Assembly (NCBI GenBank): GCA_002269645.1
Contig: NIVC01002123.1
Location: 124,001-188,000 of the forward strand
From: Macrostomum lignano
Taxonomy: Eukaryota
Reading direction: 5' to 3'
Length of the DNA stretch: 64,000 nucleotides
A model generated the notes under the pieces. It was not told the DNA's origin, ran no database searches, and worked only from the letters and a program-made list of their open reading frames with translations. Position numbers and translations under genes: made by a program. Position 1 is the stretch's first letter. Every line of letters starts with the position of its first letter. Shown here piece after piece: positions 38,710 through 50,232 of the stretch.

Positions 38710-40260
38710 TGTGAAGTATTCGGATTGTGAAGTATTCGGATTGTGAAGTATTCAGATTGTGAAGTATTCAGATTGTGAAGTATTCAGATTGTGAAGTATT
38801 CAGATTGTGAAGTATTCAGATTGTGAATTATTCAGAATTTGAATTATTCAGATTGTGAATTATTCAGATTGTGAAGTATTCAGATTGTGAAGTATTCAGA
38901 TTGTGAAGTATTCAGATTGTGAAGTATTCAGATTGTGAAGTATTCAGATTGTGAAGCATTCAGATTGTGAAGTATTCAGATTGTGAAGTATTCAGATTGT
39001 GAAGCATTCAGATTGTGAAGTATTCAGATTGTGAAGTATTCAGATTGTGAAGTATTCAGATTGTGAAGTATTCAGATTGTGAAGTATTCAGATTGTGAAG
39101 TATTCAGATTGTGAATTATTCAGATTGTGAAGTATTCAGATTGTGAAGCATTTAGATGTGAAGCATTTAGATTGTGAAGTATTCAGATTGTGAAGTATTC
39201 AGATTGTGAAGTATTCAGATTGTGAAGTATCGAGCTTGTGAAGTATTCAGATTGTGAAGTATTCAGATTGTGAATTATTCAGATTGTGAATTATTCAGAT
39301 TGTGAAGTATTCAGATTGTGAAGTATTCAGATTGTGAAGTATTCAGATTGTGAAGTATTCAGATTGTGAAGTATTCAGATTGTGAAGTATTCAGATTGTG
39401 AAGTATTCAGATTGTGAAGTATTCAGATTGTGAAGTATTCAGATTGTGAATTATTCAGATTGTGAAGTATTCAGATTGTGAAGTATTCAGATTGTGAAGT
39501 ATTCAGATTGTGAATTATTCAGATTGTGAAGTATTCAGATTGTGAAGTATTCAGATTGTGAAGTATTCAGATTGTGAAGTATTCATATTGTGAATTATTC
39601 AGATTGTGAAGTATTCAGATTGTGAAGTATTCAGATTGTGAATTATTCAGATTGTGAAGTATTCAGATTGTGAAGCATTTAGATTGTGAAGCATTCAGAT
39701 TGTGAAGTATTCAGATTGTGAAGCATTCAGATTGAAGCATTTAGATTGTGAAGTATTCAGATTGTGAAGTATTCAGATTGTGAAGTATTCAGATTGTGAA
39801 GTATCGAGCTTGTGAAGTATTCAGATTGTGAAGTATTCAGATTGTGAATTATTCAGATTGTGAATTATTCAGATTGTGAAGAAGTATTCAGATTGTGAAG
39901 TATTCAGATTGTGAAGTATTCAGATTGTGAAGTATTCAGATTGTGAAGTATTCAGATTGTGAAGTATTCAGATTGTGAAGTATTCAGATTGTGAAGTATT
40001 CAGATTGTGAAGTATTCAGATTGTGAATTATTCAGATTGTGAAGTATTCAGATTGTGAAGTATTCAGATTGTGAAGTATTCAGATTGTGAAGTATTCAGA
40101 TTGTGAAGTATTCAGATTGTGAAGTATTCAGATTGTGAAGTATTCAGATTGTGAAGTATTCAGATTTTGAAGCATTCAGATTTTTAAGCATTTAGATTGT
40201 GAAGTATCGAGCTTGTGAAGCATTCAGATTGTGAAGCATTCAGATTGTGAAGCATTTAGC
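38710..40260 (+). repeat. 16-bp minisatellite CAGATTGTGAAGTATT (~95 copies)
   Basis: Period 16 (38881/38897). Confidence 0.97.
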
Positions 40261-40684
40261 TTGTTAAGAATTGAACTTGTTTGAAATTCGAAATTGAAAT
40301 TTGAAATTCTGCTAGTGCATCGCAATGGAAACCAGCAGATTAAATCATGAAATTTGCACCGGGTTTGGCCGTGAAGCCTTCTGTCCCATGTGCTACAGAA
40401 GGCAGGCGGTTGTCACGTGACCACTTGTTATCTGAACTAACTGAATATAAAACCTAACAGACTGTATACGCCATAGGAGTATAAAATATGCATTTTTCCT
40501 CTACTTCATACATCGCAGGTTCAGTGAATAGCCCCTCGGTGGCAGCAATATCCTTTAGAAGTTCCGGTTAAAGCCATCAATAGGCGGCCCAGCAACTAAA
40601 GCTGACTGACTGGATGCAAGGAGACCTAAACCAGCATCTGGAGCTACCTTAATCCTCATCTTCCAATTCCGAATATAGTCAGGG

Positions 40685-41535
40685 CGCCCCTGTCTCCTGG
40701 TGGGCACCTCTGTCTCCTGGTGGGTCCCCCTGTCTCTTGGTGGGCGCCCCTGTCTCTTGGTTGGCGCCCCTGTCTCTTGGTGGGCGCCCCCTGTCTCTTG
40801 GTGTGCCCCCTGTCTCTTGGTGTACCCCCTGTCTCTTGGTGTGCCCCCTGTCTCTTGGTGGGCCCCTGTCTCTTGGTGTGCCCCCTGTCTCTTGGTGTGC
40901 CCCTGTCTCTTGGTGTGCCCCCTGTCTCTTGGTGGGCCCCCTGTCTCTTGGTGTGCCCCCTGTCTCTTGGTGTGCCCCCTGTCTCTTGGTGAGCCCCTTG
41001 TCTCTTGGTGGGCCCCCTGTCTCTTGGTGTGCCCCCTGTCTCTTGGTGGGCCCCCTGTCTCTTGGTGGCCCCCCCTGTCTCTTGGTGGCCCCCTGTCTCT
41101 TGGTGGCCCCCCTGTCTCTTGGTGGCCCCCCCCTGTCTCTTGGTGTGAGCCCCTGTCTCTTGGTGTGCCCCCTGTCTCTTGGTGGGCCCCCTGTCTCTTG
41201 GTGTGCCCCCTGTCTCTTGGTGGCCCCCCTGTCTCTTGGTGTGAGCCCTTGTCTCTTGGTGTGCCCCCTGTCTTTTGGTGTGCCCCCTGTCTCTTGGTGT
41301 GCCCCCTGTCTCTTGGTGGCCCCTGTCTCTTGGTGGCCCCTGTCTCTTGGTGGCCCCCCCTGTCTCTTGGTGGCCCCCTGTCTCTTGGTGTGAGCCCCTG
41401 TCTCTTGGTGTGCCCCCTGTCCCTTGGTGTGCCCCCTGTCTCTTGGTGGGCCCCCTGTCTCTTGGTGACCCCCTGTCTCTTGGTGTGCCCCGTCTCTTTG
41501 TGACCCCTGTCTCTTGGTGACCCCCTGTCTCTCGG
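40685..41535 (+). repeat. ~19-bp minisatellite TGTCTCTTGGTG(T/G)GCCCCC
   Basis: Direct periodicity with variable C-runs. Confidence 0.95.
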
Positions 41536-41934
41536 TGAGCCTTGCAAAGCGGAGGGTTTCCAGTCAGATTCTGCTTAGCCATAGCAACTATTTTGCCTCT
41601 ACCGCGACCGAATAAAAGGTTTGCTTGTCTGACATTTTGCTTCCCTTAATAAAATATGTTTAGTTAATCGCTCGTACATCCAGCGCTATAAGGCCTGAAA
41701 CCTTTGCATTAATTCCAAACGGCAGATCTGCATCCGCTCGCTTCCAATGGCTTTGCAGAGGATATTGCAACACAAAATCTGAGATGGTCAGAGATGGCAA
41801 GGCCGCGGATTGAAGTGGAGCAAAAAAAGTGGCTGCATGAGAGATTGAAGTGACCAATTCATCCATATGTACAGGTGAGAGGGTGTGACAGAGTGAAACA
41901 CGCGGAGGAAAAGACGTAGAGTGGAAAAAATGGA

Positions 41935-42500
41935 GTGACAGAGGCGGAGTGACAGACAGAGAGTGCCTAAAAACGGAGTGACAGACTGAGAGTGCCTGAA
42001 AACGGAGTGACAGACTGAGAGTGCCTGAAAACGGAGTGACAGACTGAGAGTGCCTAAAAACGGAGTGACAGACTGAGAGTGCCTGAAAACGGAGTGACAG
42101 ACTGAGAGTGCCTAAAAACGGAGTGACAGACTGAGAGTGCCTGAAAACGGAGTGACAGACTGAGAGTGCCTGAAAACGGAGTGACAGACTGAGAGTGCCT
42201 GAAAACGGAGTGACAGACTGAGAGTGCCTGAAAACGGAGTGACAGACTGAGAGTGCCTGAAAACGGAGTGACAGACTGAGAGTGCCTGAAAACGGAGTGA
42301 CAGACTGAGAGTGCCTGAAAACGGAGTGACAGACTGAGAGTGCCTGAAAACGGAGTGACAGACTGAGAGTGCCTGAAAACGGAGTGACAGACTGAGAGTG
42401 CCTGAAAACGGAGTGACAGACTGAGAGTGCCTGAAAACGGAGTGACAGACTGAGGGTGCCTGAAAACGGAGTGACAGACTGAGAGTGCCTAAAAACGGAG
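41935..42500 (+). repeat. 29-bp minisatellite GTGACAGACTGAGAGTGCCTGAAAACGGA
   Basis: Period 29 (42181/42210). Confidence 0.96.
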
Positions 42501-43269
42501 TGAGCGAGCCGCAGACGCAGCCGAAGGGGATTAGTGAACAATGATTATCATACAGGAAAATCGCCAGAAAATTTGCCAAGCTGCTTTGTGAAGCAAATCA
42601 CAAAAAACTGACTCAGCGTACGACTCACTGAGCTTCTCTATCAGCCATTGTTTATTAAATAAAAAGGTTCCACCGTGACAGTTGAACCCTGAACAGCTTC
42701 ACTGGCAATCTGCCTTGTGCGGAGCGCGGAGACAATGGGAGAGGAGGGATGAGGGAGATTAGGGAGGAGAAAATGGGAGGGAAGACGGGGTGGAAAATTA
42801 TATCTATGAGATCGACGGCGAAATGCATGCAGCAAGCATGTCAGTAATGTTTATAAGCATAAGGACCCGGGTTCTCTGGTTGCCCGGGACTTAGACCAGC
42901 AGCTCAGCCTCATTCATAATCCATCTCCCCTCCCCTTCACTGCAGCAGTGCAGTAATCCATCGAATCCAAATCCATCGTCCGTTGTAAATTCCTACAGAA
43001 TGGGAATTTCTGCCCTGCTTCCTGAAGCCTCAGCCATCGGCTCAGCTCTCAGTCTTTTCCGGCTGGCAGCTCGAGAGTTAGAACTGCCATTTCTTTCTTC
43101 ATCTTTTAGAGTCCAGCTTCCTTATACCAGTAGCTGGTATAGAAAGTATATTCAGTTTTAGTATTGAGGGTACTGATTGACGTCCTAGTGAGCCTGCAAA
43201 ACAATATGACTTTATTTATGCATAGTTGGCGAAAAAAAAAATGAACGGCCTGGGTACAGTAACAACTGT

Positions 43270-44165
43270 CCATAGACTAGACTGTCTCTGCCGTGTTTGG
43301 CCATAGGCTGTCTCTGCCGTGTTTGGCCATAGGCTGTCTCTGCCGTGTTTGGCCATAGACTGTCTCTGCCGTGTTTGGCCATAGGCTGTCTCTGCCGTGT
43401 TTGGCCATAGACTGTCTCTGCCGTGTTTGGCCATAGACTGTCTCTGCCGTGTTTGGCCATAGACTGTCTCTGCCGTGTTTGGCCATAGACTGTCTCTGCC
43501 GTGTTTGGCCATAGACTTTCTCTGCCGTGTTTGGCCATAGACTGTCTCTGCCGTGTTTGGCCATAGACTGTCTCTGCCGTGTTTGGCCATAGACTGTCTC
43601 TGCCGTGTTTGGCCATAGACTGTCTCTGCCGTGTTTGGCCATAGACTGTCTCTGCCGTGTTTGGACATAGACTGTCTCTGCCGTGTTTGGCCATAGACTG
43701 TCTCTGCCGTGTTTGGCCATAGACTGTCTCTGCCGTGTTTGGCCATAGGCTGTCTCTGCCGTGTTTGGCCATAGACTGTCTCTGCCGTGTTTGGCCATAG
43801 ACTGTCTCTGCCGTGTTTGGCCATAGACTGTCTCTGCCGTGTTTGGCCATAGACTGTCTCTGCCGTGTTTGGCCATAGACTGTCTCTGCCGTGTTTGGCC
43901 ATAGACTGTCTCTGCCGTGTTTGGCCATAGACTGTCTCTGCCGTGTTTGGCCATAGACTGTCTCTGCCGTGTTTGGCCATAGACTGTCTCTGCCGTGTTT
44001 GGCCATAGACTGTCTCTGCCGTGTTTGGCCATAGACTGTCTCTGCCGTGTTTGGCCATAGACTGTCTCTGCCGTGTTTGGCCATAGACTGTCTCTGCCGT
44101 GTTTGGCCATAGACTGTCTCTGCCGTGTTTGACCATAGACTGTCTCTGCCGTGTTTGACCATAGA
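43270..44165 (+). repeat. 26-bp minisatellite CCATAGACTGTCTCTGCCGTGTTTGG (~34 copies)
   Basis: Direct periodicity; open in three minus-strand frames. Confidence 0.97.
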
Positions 44166-44179
44166 CTTCACTTGGTCAA

Positions 44180-44450
44180 TTGCGGCTGTGTGCACCCTGA
44201 CGCACTTTAAGCGACATTGTCACACAACCGGTGAGAGGCATTGCTGCCCATTCCGCCGACTGCCCTGAGCAGGCACACAAGCGCGCGGATACGTACGCAG
44301 TCATACGCACAGGCACACACTCACACAGGAGTGTAAAGCGGCCCTAACTTTATTTATCGTTAGGCACGTACTTGAGCCTTGGAAGGTGGTTGATTCCAAT
44401 TTAGCCCAAAATGAACGCGACTGCATTTGGAATCGAGCCTGGGCCGCTGG
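44180..44450 (-). mobile_element. Second copy of the tRNA-derived SINE (5'-truncated, lacks the A box, carries ~75 extra bp after the B box)
   Basis: Reverse complement matches 35421-35593 (CCAGCGGCCCAGGCTCGATTCCAAATGCAG ... CTCCTGTGTGAGTGTGTGCC ... GGGTGCACACAGCC). Confidence 0.7.
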
Positions 44451-44738
44451 TGGCGAGTTCGGTAGTTTTCAGATGTTTTTACTGCGGTAACAATCTATAG
44501 AGTCCTTCCTTAAACCATAGATGCAGAGAACATGCAGATGGACGGAGACTGCACTGGTTGCGGATAAACCACCATGCGATTTCATGCATATTTAGCGATA
44601 ATAGCGATATTATTAACCATTCCCTAATCTTTCCCAGCTAAGTTCATGCGTTTGTAAGCGACTCAAATTTGGTAAGTTTATAAGCGGGGCTAGTCAGTCA
44701 ATGGCGGTCTCCAGCACCTGCCCGGAGCAGAATCCCAG

Positions 44739-45926
44739 TCAGTCGCTCAGGTACCCATCGCAGTAGGTGGAGGTGCCCACCGGGGCCTCGGTGGCGGCCG
44801 CGACAGACAGCAGCTCTTCGGCTTCTCGTCTGCCGGCCGCCCCCGCCGCCGCTCCATCGGCCACGTCTCGAGCCGGTGCCGGCCGCATCGTCAAGGCCTC
44901 CCTTCCCCGACGACCGCCGACGCCAGCAGCGGATCCGCCAGCGGCGGCGGCGTCGGCATCGCTGCAGCCGGCCTGAGCCAGCAGCCCGCCAAGTCCGGTG
45001 CGGAACGAGTCGTTCAAGAAAGCGTAGAGCACCGGGTTGCCAGCGCTGCCAACGTAGCTCAGCAGGGTCGTCAGGTGCGAACTGTGCGCCATCCAGGCGG
45101 CCGGCTCGGCCACGGACAAGGTGAAGATGACGTGGATCCAGTGCGGCAGCGAGCAGCCCAGGTAGAAGGCCACCACAGCCGTCACCAGCATCGTCACTCG
45201 CTCGAACCTCGCCGCTGCTCCGCCGCCTCCGCCGCCTCCGCTGGCGGCCCTGGCCAGCCGCAGGCGATGCAGCTTGCGCAGAATGAGGCCGTAAAATCCG
45301 GCCAGCAGGACGGTGGGCAGCAGGCAGCCCACGGCGAACATGTACCAACTCGAGTGCTCCGCGTCAAGGAAAAACCGGCGCAGCGGCGAGGCGGCAGCCA
45401 GGGTGCCGTTCTCGTCGAAGCTGCTGTGCACGCAGAATTTGACGTCGGTCACGTTAAGCTCGTCCGAGCCCATGCGGTGCACGTGGGCGCAGAGGCCGAT
45501 GGGCAGCATTGCCAGGGCGCCGAGGAACCACAGGGCCACCAGGAGGCTGATGGCGAAGCCGCGGCTACGGTAGCGCTGCGAGGTGAACGGCGACACGACG
45601 GCCTTGTAGCGATCGAATCCCATGGCAACGATGATGAAGATGCTGACTGTCCAGTTGGTGTAGTACAGGATGTAGTACATGGTGCAGGCGCCGGAGCCCC
45701 AGGGCCAGCTGCCCACCAGAGTGAGGTGGATCAGCGGCGGCACAGACAGCAGGTGAAGGATGTCAGCAACGGCCAGGTTAACCAGGTAGATATTGATGAC
45801 CGTGTGGGCGGCCTTCTGCGTGAGCACCACAATCAGTACTAGCAGGTTTCCTATGAAGCCCAAGGCGAATACGCAGCTCAAGGCGACATTGTTGGCCAAC
45901 AGGAAGCCCCTGGACAGATCAAGCAT
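44739..45926 (-). CDS. Class A (rhodopsin-like) peptide GPCR, somatostatin/allatostatin-C/opioid-receptor-like; intronless
   Basis: 395 aa with seven hydrophobic segments; GN (TM1), NLAVAD (TM2), WPWG (ECL1), DRY, C-LP (TM6), NPVLY (TM7). The subfamily call is tentative. Confidence 0.9.
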   Translation of the reverse strand: MLDLSRGFLLANNVALSCVFALGFIGNLLVLIVVLTQKAAHTVINIYLVNLAVADILHLLSVPPLIHLTLVGSWPWGSGACTMYYILYYTNWTVSIFIIVAMGFDRYKAVVSPFTSQRYRSRGFAISLLVALWFLGALAMLPIGLCAHVHRMGSDELNVTDVKFCVHSSFDENGTLAAASPLRRFFLDAEHSSWYMFAVGCLLPTVLLAGFYGLILRKLHRLRLARAASGGGGGGGAAARFERVTMLVTAVVAFYLGCSLPHWIHVIFTLSVAEPAAWMAHSSHLTTLLSYVGSAGNPVLYAFLNDSFRTGLGGLLAQAGCSDADAAAAGGSAAGVGGRRGREALTMRPAPARDVADGAAAGAAGRREAEELLSVAAATEAPVGTSTYCDGYLSD

Positions 45927-46269
45927 CCTCGGGAGTTTCGATGGCAGCGCTGCCGCTGTCGGTCTGTCAAATCTGACTGTTGCCCTGTCCGATGACCTTT
46001 CCTAGAAATTCCTTGACGTATGCAGCCGGTGCAGTGGCTGGTCTGCACTTCTTCTAGCAGCTGAGATTAGCGTAAGGGGATATTCCTATGGAATGGCACG
46101 TACGCTTCATCTCAGTCGGGCCACTGCGTCTTATTGGCACGAAATCCCCTCTCCCCAAGAATGCGCCTCGGGATTGGCTGAAGCTATGAAAACTGCAAGA
46201 AATATGCACTATCGAGTGCAGAATGCTGCAAGTAGTATATTTACGTGCATACTCTGAATTTGTTTGTAT

Positions 46270-46540
46270 CTTTGTGAATTTGTGAATCTACTAAGGTCTT
46301 TGTAAATTTGTGAATCTACTAAGGTCTTTGTGAATTTGTGAATCTACTAAGGTCTTTGTAAATTTGTGAATCTACTAAGGTCTTTGTGAATTTGTGAATC
46401 TACTAAGGTCTTTGTGAATTTGTGATTCTACTGAGGTCTTTGTGAATTTGTGAATCTACTAAGGTCTTTGTGAATTTGTGAATCTACTAAGGTCTTTGTG
46501 AATTTGTGATTCTACTGAGGTCTTTATGAACTTGTGAACC
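46270..46540 (+). repeat. 28-bp minisatellite TGTGAATTTGTGAATCTACTAAGGTCTT upstream of the GPCR
   Basis: Period 28 (46321/46349). Confidence 0.9.
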
Positions 46541-47019
46541 TACGGAGATTCTTGTAAATCTATGGAATAAACAGCTATAGTTACTGCAGTCACTCTGCAG
46601 CTATAAAATTAAATGTTCAGTCAAAGCCCAGAACAGGCACACATTAACCACTACAAGAAGTCATTAATCATTAACGCCCCACATGTAAAAAATGGATTCA
46701 TATTCGAATTATAATTTTGCAAATAAGCCTATCTGGCACACAATCTGCACATTGATTTTGCTCGCATGGGGCGGCTTTGACTTGCTGAGTAGGGAAGGGT
46801 CAAAATGGAAAATGCTGATTTTAATTGACGCTGATCCCCCCGCGACCCTCAAGCCTTCGCGCTCTTCTTTCAGCCGAAGGAGAAAAAATATCTATGAAAA
46901 ATTGAAAGAGCGCCTTTCTCGGCATGTTTTGCTCCGTACTCCCTTTTCTAATTCTTCATTTCTGCTTGCTCTGCTAAGTTTGAATCTGACTGATCTTTGC
47001 GTGCCTTGTTAGGGTGCTA

Positions 47020-49710
47020 GTGGTGCCAAGATAAGGAGCGCCAGTGGCGCCAGACTAAAGAGCGCCAGGGGCGCCAAACAGACTAAAAAGCGCCAGGGGC
47101 GCCAGGCTAAAAAGCACCAGTGGCGCCAGACTAAAGAGCGCCAGGGGCGCCATACAGACTAAAGAGCGCCAGGGGCGTCATGCAGACTAAAGAGCGCCAG
47201 TGGCGCCAGGCTAAAGAGCGCCAGGGGCGTCAGACTAAAGAGCGCCATTGGCGTCAGACTAAAGAGCACCAGTGGCGCCAGACTAAAGAGCGCCATTGGC
47301 GTCAGACTAAAGAGCACCAGTGGCGCCAGACTAAAGAGCGCCAGGGGCGTTAGACTAAAGAGCGCCAGTGGCGCTAGACTAAAGAGCACCAGTGGCGCCA
47401 GACTAAAAAGCGCCAGGGGCGCCAGGCTAAAAAGCACCAGTGGCGCCAGACTAAAGAGCGCCAGGGGCGCCATACAGACTAAAGAGCGCCAGGGGCGTCA
47501 TGCAGACTAAAGAGCGCCAGTGGCGCCAGGCTAAAGAGCGCCAGGGGCGTCAGACTAAAGAGCGCCATTGGCGTCAGACTAAAGAGCACCAGTGGCGCCA
47601 GACTAAAGAGCGCCATTGGCGTCAGACTAAAGAGCACCAGTGGCGCCAGACTAAAGAGCGCCAGGGGCGTTAGACTAAAGAGCGCCAGTGGCGCTAGACT
47701 AAAGAGCACCAGTGGCGCCAGACTAAAAAGCGCCAGGGGCGCCAGGCTAAAAAGCACCAGTGGCGCCAGACTAAAGAGCGCCAGGGGCGCCATACAGACT
47801 AAAGAGCGCCAGGGGCGTCATGCAGACTAAAGAGCGCCAGTGGCGCCAGGCTAAAGAGCGCCAGGGGCGTCAGACTAAAGAGCGCCATTGGCGTCAGACT
47901 AAAGAGCACCAGTGGCGCCAGACTAAAGAGCGCCATTGGCGTCAGACTAAAGAGCACCAGTGGCGCCAGACTAAAGAGCGCCAGGGGCGTTAGACTAAAG
48001 AGCGCCAGTGGCGCTAGACTAAAGAGCGCCAGTGGCGCCATGCAGACTAAAGAGCGCCAGGGGCGCCAGAGAAACTAAAGAGCACCAGTGGCGCCAGACT
48101 AAAGAGCGCCAGGGGCGCCATACAGACTAAAGAGCACCAGTGGCGCCAGACTAAAGAGCGCCAGTGGCGCCAGACTAAAGAGCGCCAGGGGCGTCAGACT
48201 AAAGAGCGCCAGTGGCGCCAGACTAAAGAGCACCAGGGGCGCCAGACTAAAGAGCGCCATTGGCGTCAGACTAAAGAGCGCCAGTGGCGCTAGACTAAAG
48301 AGCGCCAGTGGCGCCATGCAGACTAAAGAGCGCCAGGGGCGCCATACAGACTAAAAAGCACCAGTGGCGCCAGACTAAAGAGCGCCAGGGGCGCCATACA
48401 GACTAAAGAGCACCAGTGGCGCCAGACTAAAGAGCGCCAGGGGCGTCAGACTAAAGAGCGCCAGTGGCGCCAGACTAAAGAGCACCAGGGGCGCCATACA
48501 GACTAAAGAGCGCCAGTGGCGCTAGACTAAAGAGCGCCAGGGGCGCCATGCAGACTAAAGAGCGCCAGGGGCGCCATACAGACTAAAAAGCACCAGTGGC
48601 GCCAGACTAAAGAGCGCCAGGGGCGCCATACAGACTAAAGAGCACCAGTGGCGCCAGACTAAAGAGCGCCAGGGGCGTCAGACTAAAGAGCGCCAGTGGC
48701 GCCAGACTAAAGAGCACCAGGGGCGCCATACAGACTAAAGAGCGCCAGTGGCGCCAGACTAAAGAGCACCAGGGGCATCAGACTAAAGAGCACCAGGGGC
48801 GCCAGACTAAAGAGCGCCAGGGGCGCCATACAGACTAAAGAGCGCCAGGGGCGCCAGACTAAAGAGCACCAGTGGCGCCAGGCTAAAGAGCACCAGTGGC
48901 GCCAGGCTAAAGAGCACCAGTGGCGCCAGACTAAAGAGCACCAGTGGCGCCAGACTAAAGAGCACCAGTGGCGCCAGACTAAAGAGCACCAGTGGCGCCA
49001 GACTAAAGAGCGCCAGGGGCGTCAGACTAAAGAGCGCCAGTGGCGCCAGACTAAAGAGCGCCAGGGGCGCCAAACAGACTAAAAAGCGCCAGTGGCGCCA
49101 GACTAAAAAGCGCCAGGGGCGCCAAACAGACTAAAAAGCGCCAGTGGCGCTAGACTAAAGAGCGCCAGGGGCGCCAAGCAAACTAAAAAGCGCCAGTGAC
49201 GCCAGACTAAAGAGCACCAGTGGCGCCAGACTAAAGAGCACCAGTGGCGCCAGACTAAAGAGCACCAGTGGCGCCAGACTAAAGAGCACCAGTGGCGCCA
49301 GACTAAAGAGCACCAGTGGCGCCAGACTAAAGAGCACCAGTGGCGCCAGACTAAAGAGCACCAGTGGCGCCAGACTAAAGAGCACCAGTGGCGCCAGACT
49401 AAAGAGCACCAGTGGCGCCAGACTAAAGAGCACCAGTGGCGCCAGACTAAAGAGCACCAGTGGCGCCAGACTAAAGAGCACCAGTGGCGCCAGACTAAAG
49501 AGCACCAGTGGCGCCAGACTAAAGAGCACCAGTGGCGCCAGACTAAAGAGCACCAGTGGCGCCAGACTAAAGAGCACCAGTGGCGCCAGACTACAGAGCA
49601 CCAGTGGCGCCAGACTAAAGAGCACCAGTGGCGCCAGACTAAAGAGCACCAGTGGCGCCAGACTACAGAGCGCCAGGGGTGTCAGACTAAAGAGCGCCAG
49701 GGGCGCCAAC
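47020..49710 (+). repeat. 24-bp minisatellite GACTAAAGAGC(A/G)CCAG(T/G)GGCGCCA with a 320-bp higher-order repeat in its left part
   Basis: Identical ORFs at 47159 and 47479 (and part of 47799); a homogeneous monomer run at 49200-49660. Confidence 0.96.
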
Positions 49711-50232
49711 CTAAACAAAATTACGGTTGCGCTACCCAGATGCGCCCTAACAAGTGGAAATCTTTTCTACCTGACCAACTATTTTTAAGACCTTGGACTC
49801 CACACAGCCTATACCATTTTCACTGTGAGCAGGGCAAGATTTATTTCTTACTTTCGGCCACAATTCTCGCGCACAGAGTGTACGGCGGAGGTAAAAAGAA
49901 GAAGTAAAGAAAAAATCTCTTGCTTCACTTGAATTTGTGCTGGCGTTTTTTCTGCCCCTGCACTGCCGGCCAGAACTGTGCATCCTACTCTCAGCTGTAC
50001 ACAGCTTCGAAACTCGAGTTAAATGAGCTTATTTATGGTCGGGCTCAAGGCTGAGTCGGTAGCCGCAGGAGTTATTAAGCTATATAAAACAGTTTTCAAA
50101 GCCACCAGATTTCAACTACCAAATTCTGTGAATCCATGGTAACCAAGCTGCTGCTACTGGCTACGCAACGATTCAAACAAACCAATTAAACAAACCAACC
50201 ATTTCGACGCAACCGTTTGACAGCTCGACAAA

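Noticed and set aside
43212-44195. 26-aa repeat protein open in three frames
   Set aside because: A 26-bp unit without minus-strand stops necessarily gives three equivalent open frames.
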